DNA of 63,966 nt, the filler included, from Dirinaria sp. TL-2023a (Eukaryota): NCBI GenBank assembly GCA_051941275.1. It is 3 parts of 3 records of this genome, joined end to end, with 100 filler letters (N's around TTAATTAATTAA, not from the genome) between each part and the next. Parts side by side here need not be neighbours in the genome. Positions count along the whole stretch, not along the records: positions 22,000 to 43,840 come from JAVEBF010000244.1; positions 43,941 to 63,966 come from JAVEBF010000301.1; 1 more part is not named here. One strand, 5' to 3'. The notes under the pieces are model-generated. The model was not told the DNA's origin. It saw only the letters and a list, made by a program, of their open reading frames with translations, and searched no databases. Position 1 is the stretch's first letter, and each line of letters starts with the position of its first letter. The translations under genes were made by a program, and so were the position numbers. This document shows, one piece after another, positions 36,301 through 49,100 of the stretch.

Positions 36301-36772
36301 GATAGCAGCACTAATTCAGCTACTCTAGAGTCAGAAAAGGGTTCACGAAGAATATATCCTAGAGCATTGGGCAGCCAATGGACATGAGCTATGGTGATGA
36401 AATGTTGAAAGGTCTGGAAGAAGGTATTATTTTGATGTAAAGTAAGGTAAGATACATCTTGCCTGAAAAGTAAGGTCGGGAGTGAAAGCGGAAGATATCA
36501 CGTGATGATGAATTCGCGCCATTCTACTTTCCTCGATCGATGCCAAGAAAATGGAAATCCGCCTGTGATTGCCCTGTCACCCTCTCACCCAATGCGTGTA
36601 TCTGAACAGCAATACTTCAGCGTTCATGCGGTGTTCCATTGTGTCCAGAAGACTGGTCACTCACTTGATCGGGTGATCCTGTACATGATCTATCATCAGG
36701 CGCTTATCTATTAATTACGAGTCGATGCGAATGCTTGCGTGACCTCAGTCGAAGCTCGAAAGACTCATCAGC

Positions 36773-38566
36773 ATGTCTTCTCTTACAACATCGTTGTCAA
36801 AGGTATTGCCCAAACCAAAATACACGGGGGAATATGAGGAGCTGCCGGCGCATGCTGTGTCAAAGGGCCCGAAAATAGTGGGTGCTGGTGCTCTGGATGA
36901 GGCTCAGGTAGTCTTGAAGGCAAGCACACACATCGTCATGGTAAAAAGTCCTCTGACTTGCTGACCTTGAAGCCAGCGAACTGGACCCCCAGTGTATGGC
37001 TCACGTGCAGGATGGCGACCACGATCAGCAGAAGACTACGGCGACGGAGGCGCATTCCCAGAAATCCCAGTTGCTCAGTACCCGCTCGACATGGGTCGGA
37101 AAGCGTCTTCGACATCAAACGCTCTAGCTATACAGGTTGACGCTGAAGGAAAAGTCAAATACGAAGCTATTGCTCGTCAAGGCCATAACGATAAGCGGAT
37201 AGTCCACGCCTCATTCAAGGATCTCATACCCTTACGGCAAAGATCAGATATTGGGGAGGTATCGCTCGATCGTCCATCGGAGGAGGAGGTCGCTGCGCAA
37301 ACTGAAAAGACCAAGAATGCTCTAGCAACATTGGTATCTGGCGCTGTGGCTGCACAGAAGCCGAAGAATGTTAAAAGCATTACGAGGAAGGAGCCGACAT
37401 ATGTTCGATATACACCGGCAAATCAGATGGGAGATGTCTCCAAGAAGAACGATAGGATCATGAAAATTGTCGAACGACAGCAAGATCCCATGGAGCCGCC
37501 GAAATTCAAGCACAAGAAAATACCTAGGGGGCCACCTTCGCCGCCTCCACCGGTCATGCATTCTCCGCCACGAAAGCTTACTGCTGAAGACCAAGAAGCC
37601 TGGAAGATCCCTCCTCCTGTGTCCAATTGGAAGAATCCCAAGGGATACACTGTTCCCCTTGACAAACGATTAGCTGCAGACGGTCGAGGTTTGCAGGACG
37701 TCACAATCAATGACAAATTTGCCCAGTTCGCAGAAGCCCTCTTCACGGCTGACAGGCATGCTCGAGAGGAAGTCAAGCAGCGTGCGGCGATGCAGCAGAA
37801 GCTGGCGGAAAAGGAAAGGATGGAAAAGGAGGAGCAACTGCGCATACTGGCCCAGAGTGCCCGCGAGGAGCACTGGAGGACGTCACGACGGCGTTCTCGA
37901 GGACGACGATCCTACAGCGGCAGTGTTAGCCGAGCATCGTCCGCGTCAAGACGATCACAGAGCGATGACGAAGCTGCTCGTGAGCGCGAGCAAAAGCGGC
38001 GCGAGAGGCGACAAGAGCATGAGAAGCAATTGCGGCAGTCGAAGATGGGTGCTGAGCGCCGGATACAGATGCTGGCTCGGGAACAAAACCGTGACATATC
38101 TGAAAAGGTAGCCCTAGGCTTGGCCAAGCCCACGCGGTCATCAGAGACAATGTACGATTCGAGATTGTTTAATCAGACGAGTGGCTTTGACACGGGTTTC
38201 AATGAGGATCAGGCGTACGACAAGCCGCTCTTTGCTGCACAAGACGCTATCAGCAGTGTGTACCGGCCGAGCGTGCACATGGATGATGACGCCGATGAAG
38301 AAGCAGGTGGTGCTGAGTATGATAAGATTCAGAGGAGTAACCGTTTTGAGGTGTTGGGCAAAGCGAAGGAGGGGTTTAAGGGGGCTGCGGAGGCAGAGAC
38401 GAGGGAGGGGCCTGTGCAATTCGAGAAAGATGCGGCCGATCCATTCGAAATCGATGCCATGATCAAAGAGGTAACTGGTGGCATGGGAAGCAGCAAGCGG
38501 TATGGGGTACAGGAGACAGAATCAAGACCTGCTAAACGACCGAGAGTGGATGAAAATGACACCTGA
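36773..38566 (+). CDS. PRP45: Pre-mRNA splicing factor Prp45 (SNW/SKIP); one intron ending at 36976
   Basis: GDGGAFPEI, DPMEPPKFKHKK, SNWKNPKGYTVPLDKRLA signature. Confidence 0.97.
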
Positions 38567-38780
38567 TAGTTGTAGGGGGAGTGTATTCACTGTGCTAGAT
38601 ACCATGGTATTCATGTGTGCTTATTCAATTCTTCCCCCACCCTTAAGCTCTTCGAACCAGTTAGTCACATCTGGGACCTGGGTACTGTGCATTTTAGTCT
38701 ACCATTATTGTGCTGAGATTGCGTAAAAAGATCATGAATCAAGGGTTCGTTAGGCTGAGTTCCAAGGATAAAGCGCCATA

Positions 38781-41648
38781 TCACTCAAGCCCAATCCATT
38801 CCTCATCCATCTCCATCTCATGCGGATGTCCATCTGTCAGCAACGGCATTGCCTTTTGATCAGCATCCGCCACTAGGGCTGGCTGTGATAGAAGATAATC
38901 TAGAGTGTAGATATTCTCGTCAGCCAACCGCGCCAGATCCGCATGTGTCCTTGATATCGCCTTCTGCACAGTCCTTAGTTCCGCCACGAATGTGGCAGAG
39001 TACTCTTTCAGATACGGCCCATGTGTACTTAGAAGCGCCTCAATCCACCGAAGATTGAACTCCAGATGGGGGCTCTCATCTGTGGCATGAGCAACAAAAC
39101 GGAGGAGCCGAGCTAGATAGACTCGCGGTAGGTTCTTAACTATTAACGAGACGTCCTCGGTTGGAACACTTTCGTATATGCGCCGGATGAGGGGGGCTTC
39201 ATTGAGCCGGAATGCCATAATCATCGCTCGGAGGTGATCTCTCTGGTTTACGGCGTCCAAAGTATTGGCTGGGGTGACATCAATGTCCAGATCAAAAGGA
39301 TCGAATTGTAAGGCATTTTCGAGAGAGTAGACTAACAAGCCTTCGGTGGTGGCAGCGCAAAACGCCCTTCCTGTTGGCGAAAAGGCAATGGCTGGTACTC
39401 TTATTGCTAGCCCTGTACGTCTCATAGAAGGATCACCGCGGCTGGCGCCAGGTAATGTCCGATCTATCCGGTCCTCTAGGTCAGACGCTTCCCCCTGCTC
39501 GTCGATAAGACCGGCTGGACCGGCTTCGGTGAGGTTGCGACTGTTGAGAAATTCTTGGGTTCCGTCTATTGACAGATTGACTGAGACCGTATACTTCTTG
39601 AGCAGAACACCGGATTGAACATCGTATAGGCAGAGGTACTTTGAATTACCGCCTGCAATGACGCAGGTGCCGTCTGTATTATAGGCAAGGCAACTGAACG
39701 ATTTAGTTCCAGCGGCATTAGCAGCAGTGCGTCGATCCGTAAGTCTTCGTCCTCCAGAAATATCACGGCGACCATCCACTCCGCTTTCTTGAGATGCATC
39801 AGACACCGACCAAAAGGTCAACTGCCCGTCAAGAGTCGAAACAGCTATTTGCTTCGAATCGGGCCGGAATGCAATGTGAAGCACGTCAGCTTGCAGCTGT
39901 AATGGCTCGCTAGTCTGTGACCGGCCAAATATACTCCAAATACGCACAGTCTGGTCCCAGCTACCACTGACAAGATTACCGCCCGAAGGCGCAAAAGCCA
40001 ATGACGAAATTGGACCCTCGTGGCCGGATAATTGATCGAGTAACTGTCCTGTCTGGACTGACCATATGTGTATCTCGAATGAGTCAAGGGAGCCTGCACA
40101 CACAACTTCGCCGCTGGGGTCTACTGCGACCGAAGAGAAGGAGAGGCGGGTGGGGGCAGTGAAAGTTCGAAAATTCCGATACCTGATTAGATCCCATGCT
40201 CTGACAGATCCATCAAGACTGGATGTAAACAACACATTTCCTCGTTTAGCGAACTCACAAGCGGTGACTCCACCTGAGTGCTCGGTAAAAGTGACTATAC
40301 AAAACCCAGACTGTGTATTCCATACCTTGACTTTACCATCATCCGCGGTTGTTATAATGCGCTGGCCATCCGGAGAATATGCCAGAGCGTTCATGGAATC
40401 GAAGTGTCCTTGCTGCTTCAAAACATACGATTCAGACTGCCACTCCCAGACTAGCAATTGGCCCAATTTTGATGCTCCAAGTGCAAGCCACTCGCCGGTC
40501 TTATTGATGCTTACGAAATCGATTGTGTTCTGTGATATGCTGTCAAAGCCTCAGCTTCATCCATGACGTGCTTCCTGAACGAGTTTGGCTTACCTGAGAG
40601 TGTGGATCATGATGAAATCTGGAAGCTCGTATAGACCAAAGATACCATTGGAGAAGCCGACGACAAGAAGGTTGGACGCTGGATGATAGGCCGCGCACTT
40701 CGTCTTTGCGTTATTTTGCATGAAGAAATACTTTTGGACTATCCTCCATCGTGCTGACAAAGGCTCGTTGTGCATCACCTCCATATCGTCATCGATACGT
40801 TCCTTTTCGATATATTCCCAACGGAACAGTGCGCCATCTTGACTCACGGTATAGATCTGAGATTAGGATTAACCTCGCTAACATGGGCTATGAGCATAGA
40901 ACTTACAGCTTCCTGGTCACTTGAAAACCATGCACCAAGCAGGCTTTCTCTATGCCCTGCCAGTGTCGTTGGAACAAAGCCTTCTTCCGCATTCACGCTC
41001 CATATTCGGGCAGTGAGATCTTTCGAAGCACTTAGGAAGAACCGTGAGTCGCTGGACCATTCAATACTCTGTACAGCATCGTGATGACCGGCATGTACAT
41101 GATGAAGAATGAAAGGAGCGAATTCCAAACCCTCCTCGGAAAATGATTCTGGTGTGGCAGGGGTGTGCCAAACGTCGACAAGCCTTCCATGCCCAATTGC
41201 AAAGTAGCGGCCACAAGGTGAAAAGGAAAGTGCAGACACGGCTCCTTTGAGTGAGAAATGATGTAAAGCTATTCGACGCGGAAAGTTTGTAAGAATAACG
41301 TGGCCAGCATCGTCTATCGAGAGCAGAAGATTTCCACGTGGATTGAGCGCCAATCGACAGATGTTTCTTCGATGGGAGAAAGGAAGAGTGTATGACTTAT
41401 TACTAGTAGTGCGAGATCAACAACGGGACCTCGACAACGAAAGAAGCGTCCTACGCCCAACATACTTGACCAAATCGAAAACAGTGACCCGGTTTCCCAC
41501 GGGTGAAAGCAAGCAAGTCCCATCTGGAGTGAAAACGAGATTTCCTCTACAATAAACTGTACCAAGCAAGTTGGAGAACTACGGCAGCATCAGTAGTTCC
41601 AAGTCGTCAATAATCGCATAACAAATATACCTTGAACTCAGTCTTCAT
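38781..41648 (-). CDS. PWP2: WD-repeat SSU processome protein Pwp2/Utp1 (5 exons)
   Basis: MKTEFK|FSNLLGTVYCRGN start, GQLLVWEWQSESYVLKQQGH, RAWDLIRYRNFRTF, FDPFDLDIDVTP and Utp12-like C-terminus. Confidence 0.96.
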
Positions 41649-42113
41649 GGCAAGAGAAGTCCGGCTCTATCACTGCACTCCCTTGCAATCCCGTGGCGCA
41701 AAGGCATCGCAGTGGTATTTTGTAGGTAAAGAATACTAGGGTGGGTATACAAGTAGCGTCTTGGCGCCTGCCTGGGGTGGTACCTTAAGTACTTTAAGGT
41801 AAGGTACGGCACTGCGGTTATTTTACCTTGAGTGAGGTAATTTACCTTACTTAAGGTAGTTACCTTATTCGTGGGGAGATCAGACCCCCTGCCAAGCCTG
41901 GTTAGCCACAATAAAGGCCCGAGAGCTCCTGTCGAGTCTGTTCGCTCTCCCTCTCCCCTGAGAAGCATTTTCATTTTCGTACCAGATCAAGCTTCTGTAA
42001 AGTACTTTATCGTGCGATCTTTACTCAATCATCCCTTTCTGCCATTCTACACCCCATACTCTTGTAAACGCCCGAGCTCGCGATACTGCCCCGCTACTTA
42101 GCAGTGACCAACA

Positions 42114-43596
42114 ATGGCGCCAGCTCAATCAGAAGCCGCCTCCCCAATTGGGATTGCTAATGTACGCTGCCCAAATATCTACTGCGAGATTCTCAAATGC
42201 CAGCTAACTTTCCGTGTAGCTCCCTAACCAACGGTATGCGCCAGCATGTCTTGTCGGAAAAGATCTAATTGGGGCCATTCAGGCACAAAATTGTCGCCAA
42301 ACGGGGAGCTGCATTCACAATCATGGTAACAGGTTCAATACCCCTTGAGGCTGGAGCTGACGGCTAATAACCTGTACCAGGTTGCTGGAGAGTCAGGACT
42401 GGGAAAGACCACCTTCATCAACACCCTTTTCTCAACCACTATCAAAAATTATGCAGACCATCGACGCCGTCACGCGAAGCAGGTGGACAAAACTGTCGAG
42501 ATTGAAATTACCAAAGCAGAACTAGAGGAGAAGTTCTTCAAAGGTTCCTATACCCAGTGCAGCTCCCACTACCGAAGTTGTAAGACTAAATGTGATCCCA
42601 GTCCGGCTGACGGTCATTGACACACCCGGATTCGGCGACTACGTCAACAATCAGAACTCGTGGCTTCCAATCATCGAATTCCTCGATGATCAGCATGAGT
42701 CGTACATGTTGCAGGAACAGCAGCCGCGTCGCGTGGACAAGATTGACCTTCGAGTACACGCCTGCCTTTACTTCATTCGGCCTACAGGCCACACGCTCAA
42801 GCCACTGGATATCGAGGTGATGAAGCGATTGAGCTCAAGAGTCAATTTGATACCGGTAGTAGCTAAAGCCGATACTCTGAGTCCGGCAGATCTTGCTCGG
42901 TTCAAGCAGAGAGTAGGGAATTGGTTTCCAGAGAAGGGATAACCTTGCTGATATACCTCTTCAGATACGATCAGTCATTGACGCACAAGGTATCAAAATT
43001 TATCAGCCACCTGTCGAAGAGGACGATGAAGCAGCTGCGCATCACGCTCGAACTCTGTCCGCCGCTATGCCTTTCGCCGTTATCGGCTCGGAGAAAGACA
43101 TCAAAACCCAAGATGGCCGAGTACTCAAAGGGCGTCAGTATTCATGGGGCGTTGCGGAAGTTGAGAATGAAGACCATTGCGACTTCAAAAAATTACGCTC
43201 TATCCTGATCCGGACACATATGCTGGACCTCATCCATACGACCGAGGAGCTGCATTACGAGGCATACCGCGCGCAGCAGATGGAGACGAGGAAGTTTGGC
43301 GAGGCTCGCCCACGGAAGCTGGATAATCCCAAATTCAAAGAAGAGGAAGAGTCGCTACGAAAGAGGTTTACGGAGCAGGTTAAGGTCGAGGAGAACCGCT
43401 TCAGGCAGTGGGAGCAAAAATTGATATCCGAGCGTGACCGTCTGAACAAGGATCTCGAGAGCACCCACGCCCAGTACGTAGTCACTCTTGCAGCAATATG
43501 TGATCTTTCTCTAACCAGTGGTACAGGATCAAGAACTTAGAGCAAGAACTTGACTCGATGCAAGGCAGCGTGGCGCGAAGTCACGGACGTCGTTAA
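42114..43596 (+). CDS. CDC12: Septin Cdc12/AspC (7 exons, including a 14-nt micro-exon at 42220-42233)
   Basis: IGIAN|LPNQR|HKIVAKRGAAFTIM|VAGESGLGKTTF, DTPGFGD, AKAD, GRQYSWG and C-terminal coiled coil. Confidence 0.93.
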
Positions 43597-43840
43597 GAGC
43601 AGAGTTATGCTGGCCTGATAAAAAATGGTGTGGTAGTAGAAGCCTCTTGGGGTTGTCATGTCCTTGAACTCCCTTGCGTAGCTTACAATACTCTTTCGCA
43701 AGCTACGTCCTGTCATCTCTTAGCAGACACTAGCACTTTGGTTCGTAGTAATGATAGGGGTAAAGCAAGGGTGATGGGTGTTCGTCTTCATTTCAGATGC
43801 ATGTTCAATGATCGGTAATTGAATTTTGATATCACGGTAT

Positions 43841-43940
43841 NNNNNNNNNNNNNNNNNNNNNNNNNNNNNNNNNNNNNNNNNNNNTTAATTAATTAANNNN
43901 NNNNNNNNNNNNNNNNNNNNNNNNNNNNNNNNNNNNNNNN
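43841..43940. other. Artificial contig linker (N44-TTAATTAATTAA-N44)
   Basis: Same structure as 21900-21999. Confidence 0.97.
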
Positions 43941-44181
43941 GGATTAGATTGTGTGAGAAGCAGTCGGGTGGAGTCTGAGGGAGGAGGGAGGGTTGAGATA
44001 GTTGATGGATCATACGGATGGCAGAAGTAGAATCTGGGGGCTCAAGCGTAGCTAGATGCAGGGGAAAGGAGAGATCTTTGAGGTTGGATAACGAGATGGC
44101 CGGATCAGGATGGTGAGAAAGTAGACTGAATGGATTTGTGTCTGGGGGGGGTTTGGTTTCAGAGGGCACTTGACTGTAACA
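43941..44181. mobile_element. Possible LTR fragment at the contig edge
   Basis: Purine-skewed block ending in TGTAACA (TGTTACA on the minus strand), a typical fungal LTR terminus; the other end is lost in the gap. Confidence 0.4.
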
Positions 44182-44411
44182 ATGTTACTTTAAAGTGATG
44201 TTATTCGTGTATTTAGCTTCTCAAAGCATATTTTCTGCAACGCTGACGTATTGATTGCAGCATGTGGGTATCATAGAGCTGTTCACAGCCGCAATAAGCC
44301 GCCGATAGCAAGAAATTGGAAAAAGTCAAACATCCTCCCCTATGAAGCGCTGAGGGCATAGCACCGAAATATTTTCAGCAAGTTCTGGCAGGATGTTTTA
44401 AGAAGACCACC

Positions 44412-45550
44412 TCAATCGCTCGTCAGGTCCACAAACTCGGCGGGACCAGACCTTCGAGACCGCTTGCGAGCGCTGACGACTTCGACATCTCCTCGTTCGT
44501 GTTTGATTCCAGCGGCGCCGCTTGACGGCTCGGCTTTTACACGGCCATTGCGCTCAAGGAGGGCGAGGCGAGCCTGGTGAATGTTTTAGTGCGAGCGCAG
44601 GGTGTTAGATTGTGGAATCGAAAGAGGCTTACGCGCAAATCCTGGATTTCTCTTTCACGCGCGGCGTTTCCCACAGCTGCACGGCCTTCGTCTATGTCCT
44701 CTGATTCCGGAGACGGAGTTCTAGCGATGCAGCCGAGCATTTGCAAGGTTCCTGTGTGAGTAATTAGGCTGTAGTAAATGTAGCTTGGAAATCGCAACGT
44801 ACGCCTTGACCTGTAAAGTATAGTGTAGACAAGAGGTTCCCCTTGAGGCGCACTCATATGTCGATAATCATGCCTGTAGGCTGGCGCAGAACACGGAAGG
44901 GGGTCTGCACACCTTTGCTCTAATTAGTTATTATGATTGTTGGTTTGATGCGTCTGGCCTACTCGACAGTATTCGTGATCGCCTTGCCTTTGAGCATCTT
45001 CTCAGAAACCTCAGATATATGGTGCAGCTGTTCGCTTTTAAGATAGATGGCTGGTCCCGGTGGCATATTGATGACTCTACGCACGTTCACCTCGATCTTG
45101 CCTAGGCTTGCGATACTTGACGAGTCCATTTTGGCGCCCACCTGATCTTCTATGAGGCATTGTCAGCGATCACCCATAGTGGAGAGTCGAGGCTGTACTT
45201 GTCTCCAAAGCTCCAAAGCTTATAAAGCCAGACTTCCATTGTTGCGAACTTGGGGACCATGTATACGCATTGGTAAATGTAACGCGAGGTATTCCATTCC
45301 GGCTTGTGGAGCTGTTTTTATAGATGTCCTTCCTCCAGCCAAGTTTACATGCATCATACTTTGCAACTACCATCACAAAGTCACAACCACCCCACCGAAA
45401 ATCCTTTTCCAAAGTAACTCGGATTTGGAATCTAGCGCCAACGACCGCTTCCACATATTGTACGTGGTCCGCAGCATCCGGGTCGGGGTAGAGAGGAAGT
45501 GATTGGTTGTTGGAAATGATCTCCACTGTGACCCCGGAATCCCAAGGCAT
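44412..45550 (-). CDS. DUF7918-like uncharacterised protein (5 exons)
   Basis: LPLYPDPD, YVEAVVGARFQIRVTL, FISFGALET, LGKIEVNVRR, EVSEKMLKGKAIT, ILYRSR, LQMLGCIARTPSP and terminal EFVDLTSD*. Confidence 0.75.
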
Positions 45551-46185
45551 GGCGGCTCTGGGGGGCAGATCGCGTCAGCAGCTCCCTCTAAGAAAGGGGA
45601 GACTAAGTATAATTACGTGGCCTACAGAGAGCTCATGTGAAACCAACTCGGGTTTTGCAGCAGTTGCTGGGACCCTCTCAGGGACAAATGAAGTGTGCTT
45701 TCGAAGTGGGACGAGACGTTGGTCGGCTCAAGTAAGGTACCATGTCATACCCGCCGACCCGCGGTCGATTCACACGGTAGCACGTGACGCTCATTCACTT
45801 TGCCTTTTCAGCAAAAAGTGAAGGTATCGACGACAACAACTATGAATGCATTCAGATTCTACAGCATCAAGCATTGAATGCACAATTTCAATTCGATAGT
45901 TGTTTTTTACAGAAATAACAAGGACCGCCACCTCCATTCCCATGGCCCGCCGCAAGGGGTATCGTTCTGAGTAGGGTCCCTGATCAAAAAAAAAAAAAAA
46001 AAAAAAAACAAGCAATGCGCCAGGCTTCAATATTGTTTGCTGACTTCCGGACGCCCATGTTCTTGGGCCACCCAGTCGATCAGAAACACCATTGCGTGAC
46101 CTTTTCGAGAGCCCCGTTCAACGCCAAAGACTTTTCCGTTTCCCACATGATCCCAAACTCTGCCAGTGCTTCAGAGAATTTCCCA

Positions 46186-49100
46186 TCAATTCCACCTCGT
46201 AAAGTCGGCACTGTAGAGGAAATTTTGCTGCTCTGCAAGTCCGGCCATGGTCAAGTTCCCTGTCCATTCATCGCCATCAACGTAAGATGGGGCACCTCCG
46301 CGATCTGCTGCAGTCCCCATTCCAGGATACGAGACGTTGGCCGAGGTCCCGGTGTTCGCGTAGCGCTGTCTCAATTTCATGATCTCTCGTAGACGGTTTC
46401 GCCAACTCGAGATGTTCTCACGTCCCTCCCGGTTCGACCAAACCAGGCTGAACACTGATGCGTTCAGTGCCAATTGCCTTACGAAGCCTGGGAGGACCTT
46501 TGCGGAGACTGTCATGGCCGTGGCTACGGGTGAAATTTGTGGGAACCATAACGAGCCAATAGTCTGCACCTTGTAAGACATAACATCTTTCATCTCCACA
46601 TGGTCGTGGGGACCTGCTCCATGTGGGCTAGTCCGCGCACTGCCCATCTCTTCTAAGACTGGAACGCCTGAGGCTACCACTTCAGGGGTGATAACAATGC
46701 TGATGAAATTGAATTGAGAAGGGAACGTATCGATGTTGAAGGGCGAGCCCGAATCATTGTATATCACGTTCACGAAGTCATTCCCTATGTGCCGCTTTTT
46801 GTTGATGCACTTAGGGTCGTCGTCGAGGTTAGTTGGCATCATAGTCGTGACGTGGAACACGATTTCGGTGACTCTATCGCGCCATGCATACGTGTGCGTA
46901 CCATCCGTATCATTGGCTCGATCGAGGCCCTGTGTATTGAAGACGGCGTCTTGCAGGCATACCCTTGTGCCCAGCCCCATGAGGAAGTCCTCGTACGCTT
47001 GACTACCGGATGAATTGGCGAGGATCTCTGTTTCGGTGCTTTGGCCTTTCGCAATGTATATTACACCAGCCTTATGGCCATCTACTGTGTCGTTGCGGTC
47101 AAAGCTCGATATGGCTCGTTTGATGGTATCGTCTTCCGGCAAAAGGATAGGCTGAATCGGTATGGGGACAGGGGCAATCGTAAAGCCGAGCTGGAGCAAT
47201 ACATGCTGAGGAAAGACTTTCGCCGTGGTATCGGCACCGCCACTAGTGCTTGTGCTGGGCATCTCGATGTGATGAGGTGGCAATTGTGCTGTATATTGCT
47301 GATACATGGCATGAGTGGTTCCTGAAGCTTGCCGTTTCGTGATCTGAGTTAGACCTGTAGCTTGCGCGGTCTCCAACGTGACTATGCTCATGCCATATAG
47401 CCAGGTCTCTTTGATGATGGGGCCGCTGGCATCGCTGAAGTCTTCGTTCGCTCTTGTCTCTCCGAGGTCGTTGTATGCTGTCCGATGAATCATATCAAGT
47501 GTCACCTGACTCTGATCTTCCATCGACTCTCTACCAAATTCGTCTCTCCAAGTCAAATTTTTCACAATCCAGCCCACGTGCTTGAATCGCTCTCGTACAT
47601 CGATTGCTAGAAACCAAAAGGTTATGGTGTGGTAAGCGAGGGTCGATACGTACTCGGGAAGATCTCTCTGCGTATCCGCAATCTTGCCGGCGTCAGAAGT
47701 AGACACAGATCGATTAGACAACCCGCTTAGACGGGTGGGGGCGTGGCTCGATCGTACAGCTACGCTCGCTTTTCCTTTCTCCCGCTGCTCTCGAGAGTAG
47801 TGGATATAGCTAATGCATATGCCGAAGATCGTTCTTAGAAAGTCCTGGCTATCAGGACCTGCTATCTGGTAGGCTTCCGGAAGCCGGACCAGGCCAGCCA
47901 GAAACTCAAGGATATCGACTGCTAGGTGGGATTGTGTGATCATCTGCGACATTTTCTGTATGATAGCTAGCAAGGAGCGCCGAAGATTGGACGGGATTTC
48001 GTGAGCGCACAACACGAGTCCATGGATGCAGCATTTCGCCGCTCGGTCCCACATGCCAATGCCATAGAAGAACGTACGCACAGTCTCGTCCAACTTTTCT
48101 CTGCTGAAGTGTTCTTGGTAATTGACTAGGACCGTAAGCGAGTGGTACAAGCAAACTGCGATATCGCCCTTCTTGACTCCGGTGCTGAGAGGAGGTTCGT
48201 GAAAGCTTCCAGTGCGAAGCTGAGCCATGATCAATTTGTGCAGGGCCTGCAAAAAATCTTCTTGTTTCGAAAACAGTGCGACGTTACTCAACTGAGAGGG
48301 CAGGTGCACCAATACGTAGCTGTATATCTCCCAGTCACTACCATCATGCAGCACGTCTAGGATTGCCTCCAGCCAGTTTCCAAATGGCACAACTGCTATG
48401 TCCTCGACTTGGTCTAGTTGGCTTGCGTTCTCATGAAGAAATAGACCTGGGCTGTATTCTTCGGGCGGATCCATAGGGAGACCTTTGGAACCGGGATACA
48501 TCCATAACGGTGGTACAGCTTTGAAAGACCTATCTCGAGCACTTCCTGATCTAGTCGTTGATCGAGAGCGTGTAGGCTTAGTGTGCTCTGCGCCACTTGA
48601 ACGTCCGATGCGTGCTCCTGGTGACTCTGCGGCGATAGAACCTTTACTAGATACCGTATTCGTTGCCAACGTATAAGGCTGAGAAGACGCTTCAGTTCTG
48701 TAGAGAGTCGCTGCCAGACCCAGAGTGTCCGGTACGGAGACAACCTTGAGAGCGAAGTTGAAGTTGCATCTCACCCGAGTAAGAAGCTTCATTGCGGTCA
48801 GGCGGGCGTCTGTCGGTACAGCTTTGTCACGCGCAACACCTAGAAGGACCTCAAAGAGCTTTTTCGCATTTTCGCTAAAGCTTTGCAAACATTGTAAGAA
48901 CATCCACACAAGGTGGGTGGTGGCTCTATTTTCCTGTGATGCTGGAGCGCCAAGGGTCTGTGGAGATCCTTGGATTTCGATACCAGCAGCATTTGAGAGG
49001 AACATTAGAGTTGCCTCAAAAACGTCACCCGCCTTATCCCAAGTGTAAGTGGCTCCGAGGTCTGCGGCAATATTGATGATTGCTACATCTTGTTCGTTCA

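Noticed and set aside
45986..46008. A23 tract as a retroposon tail
   Set aside because: No target-site duplication or element body; more likely a simple homopolymer downstream of TSC2.
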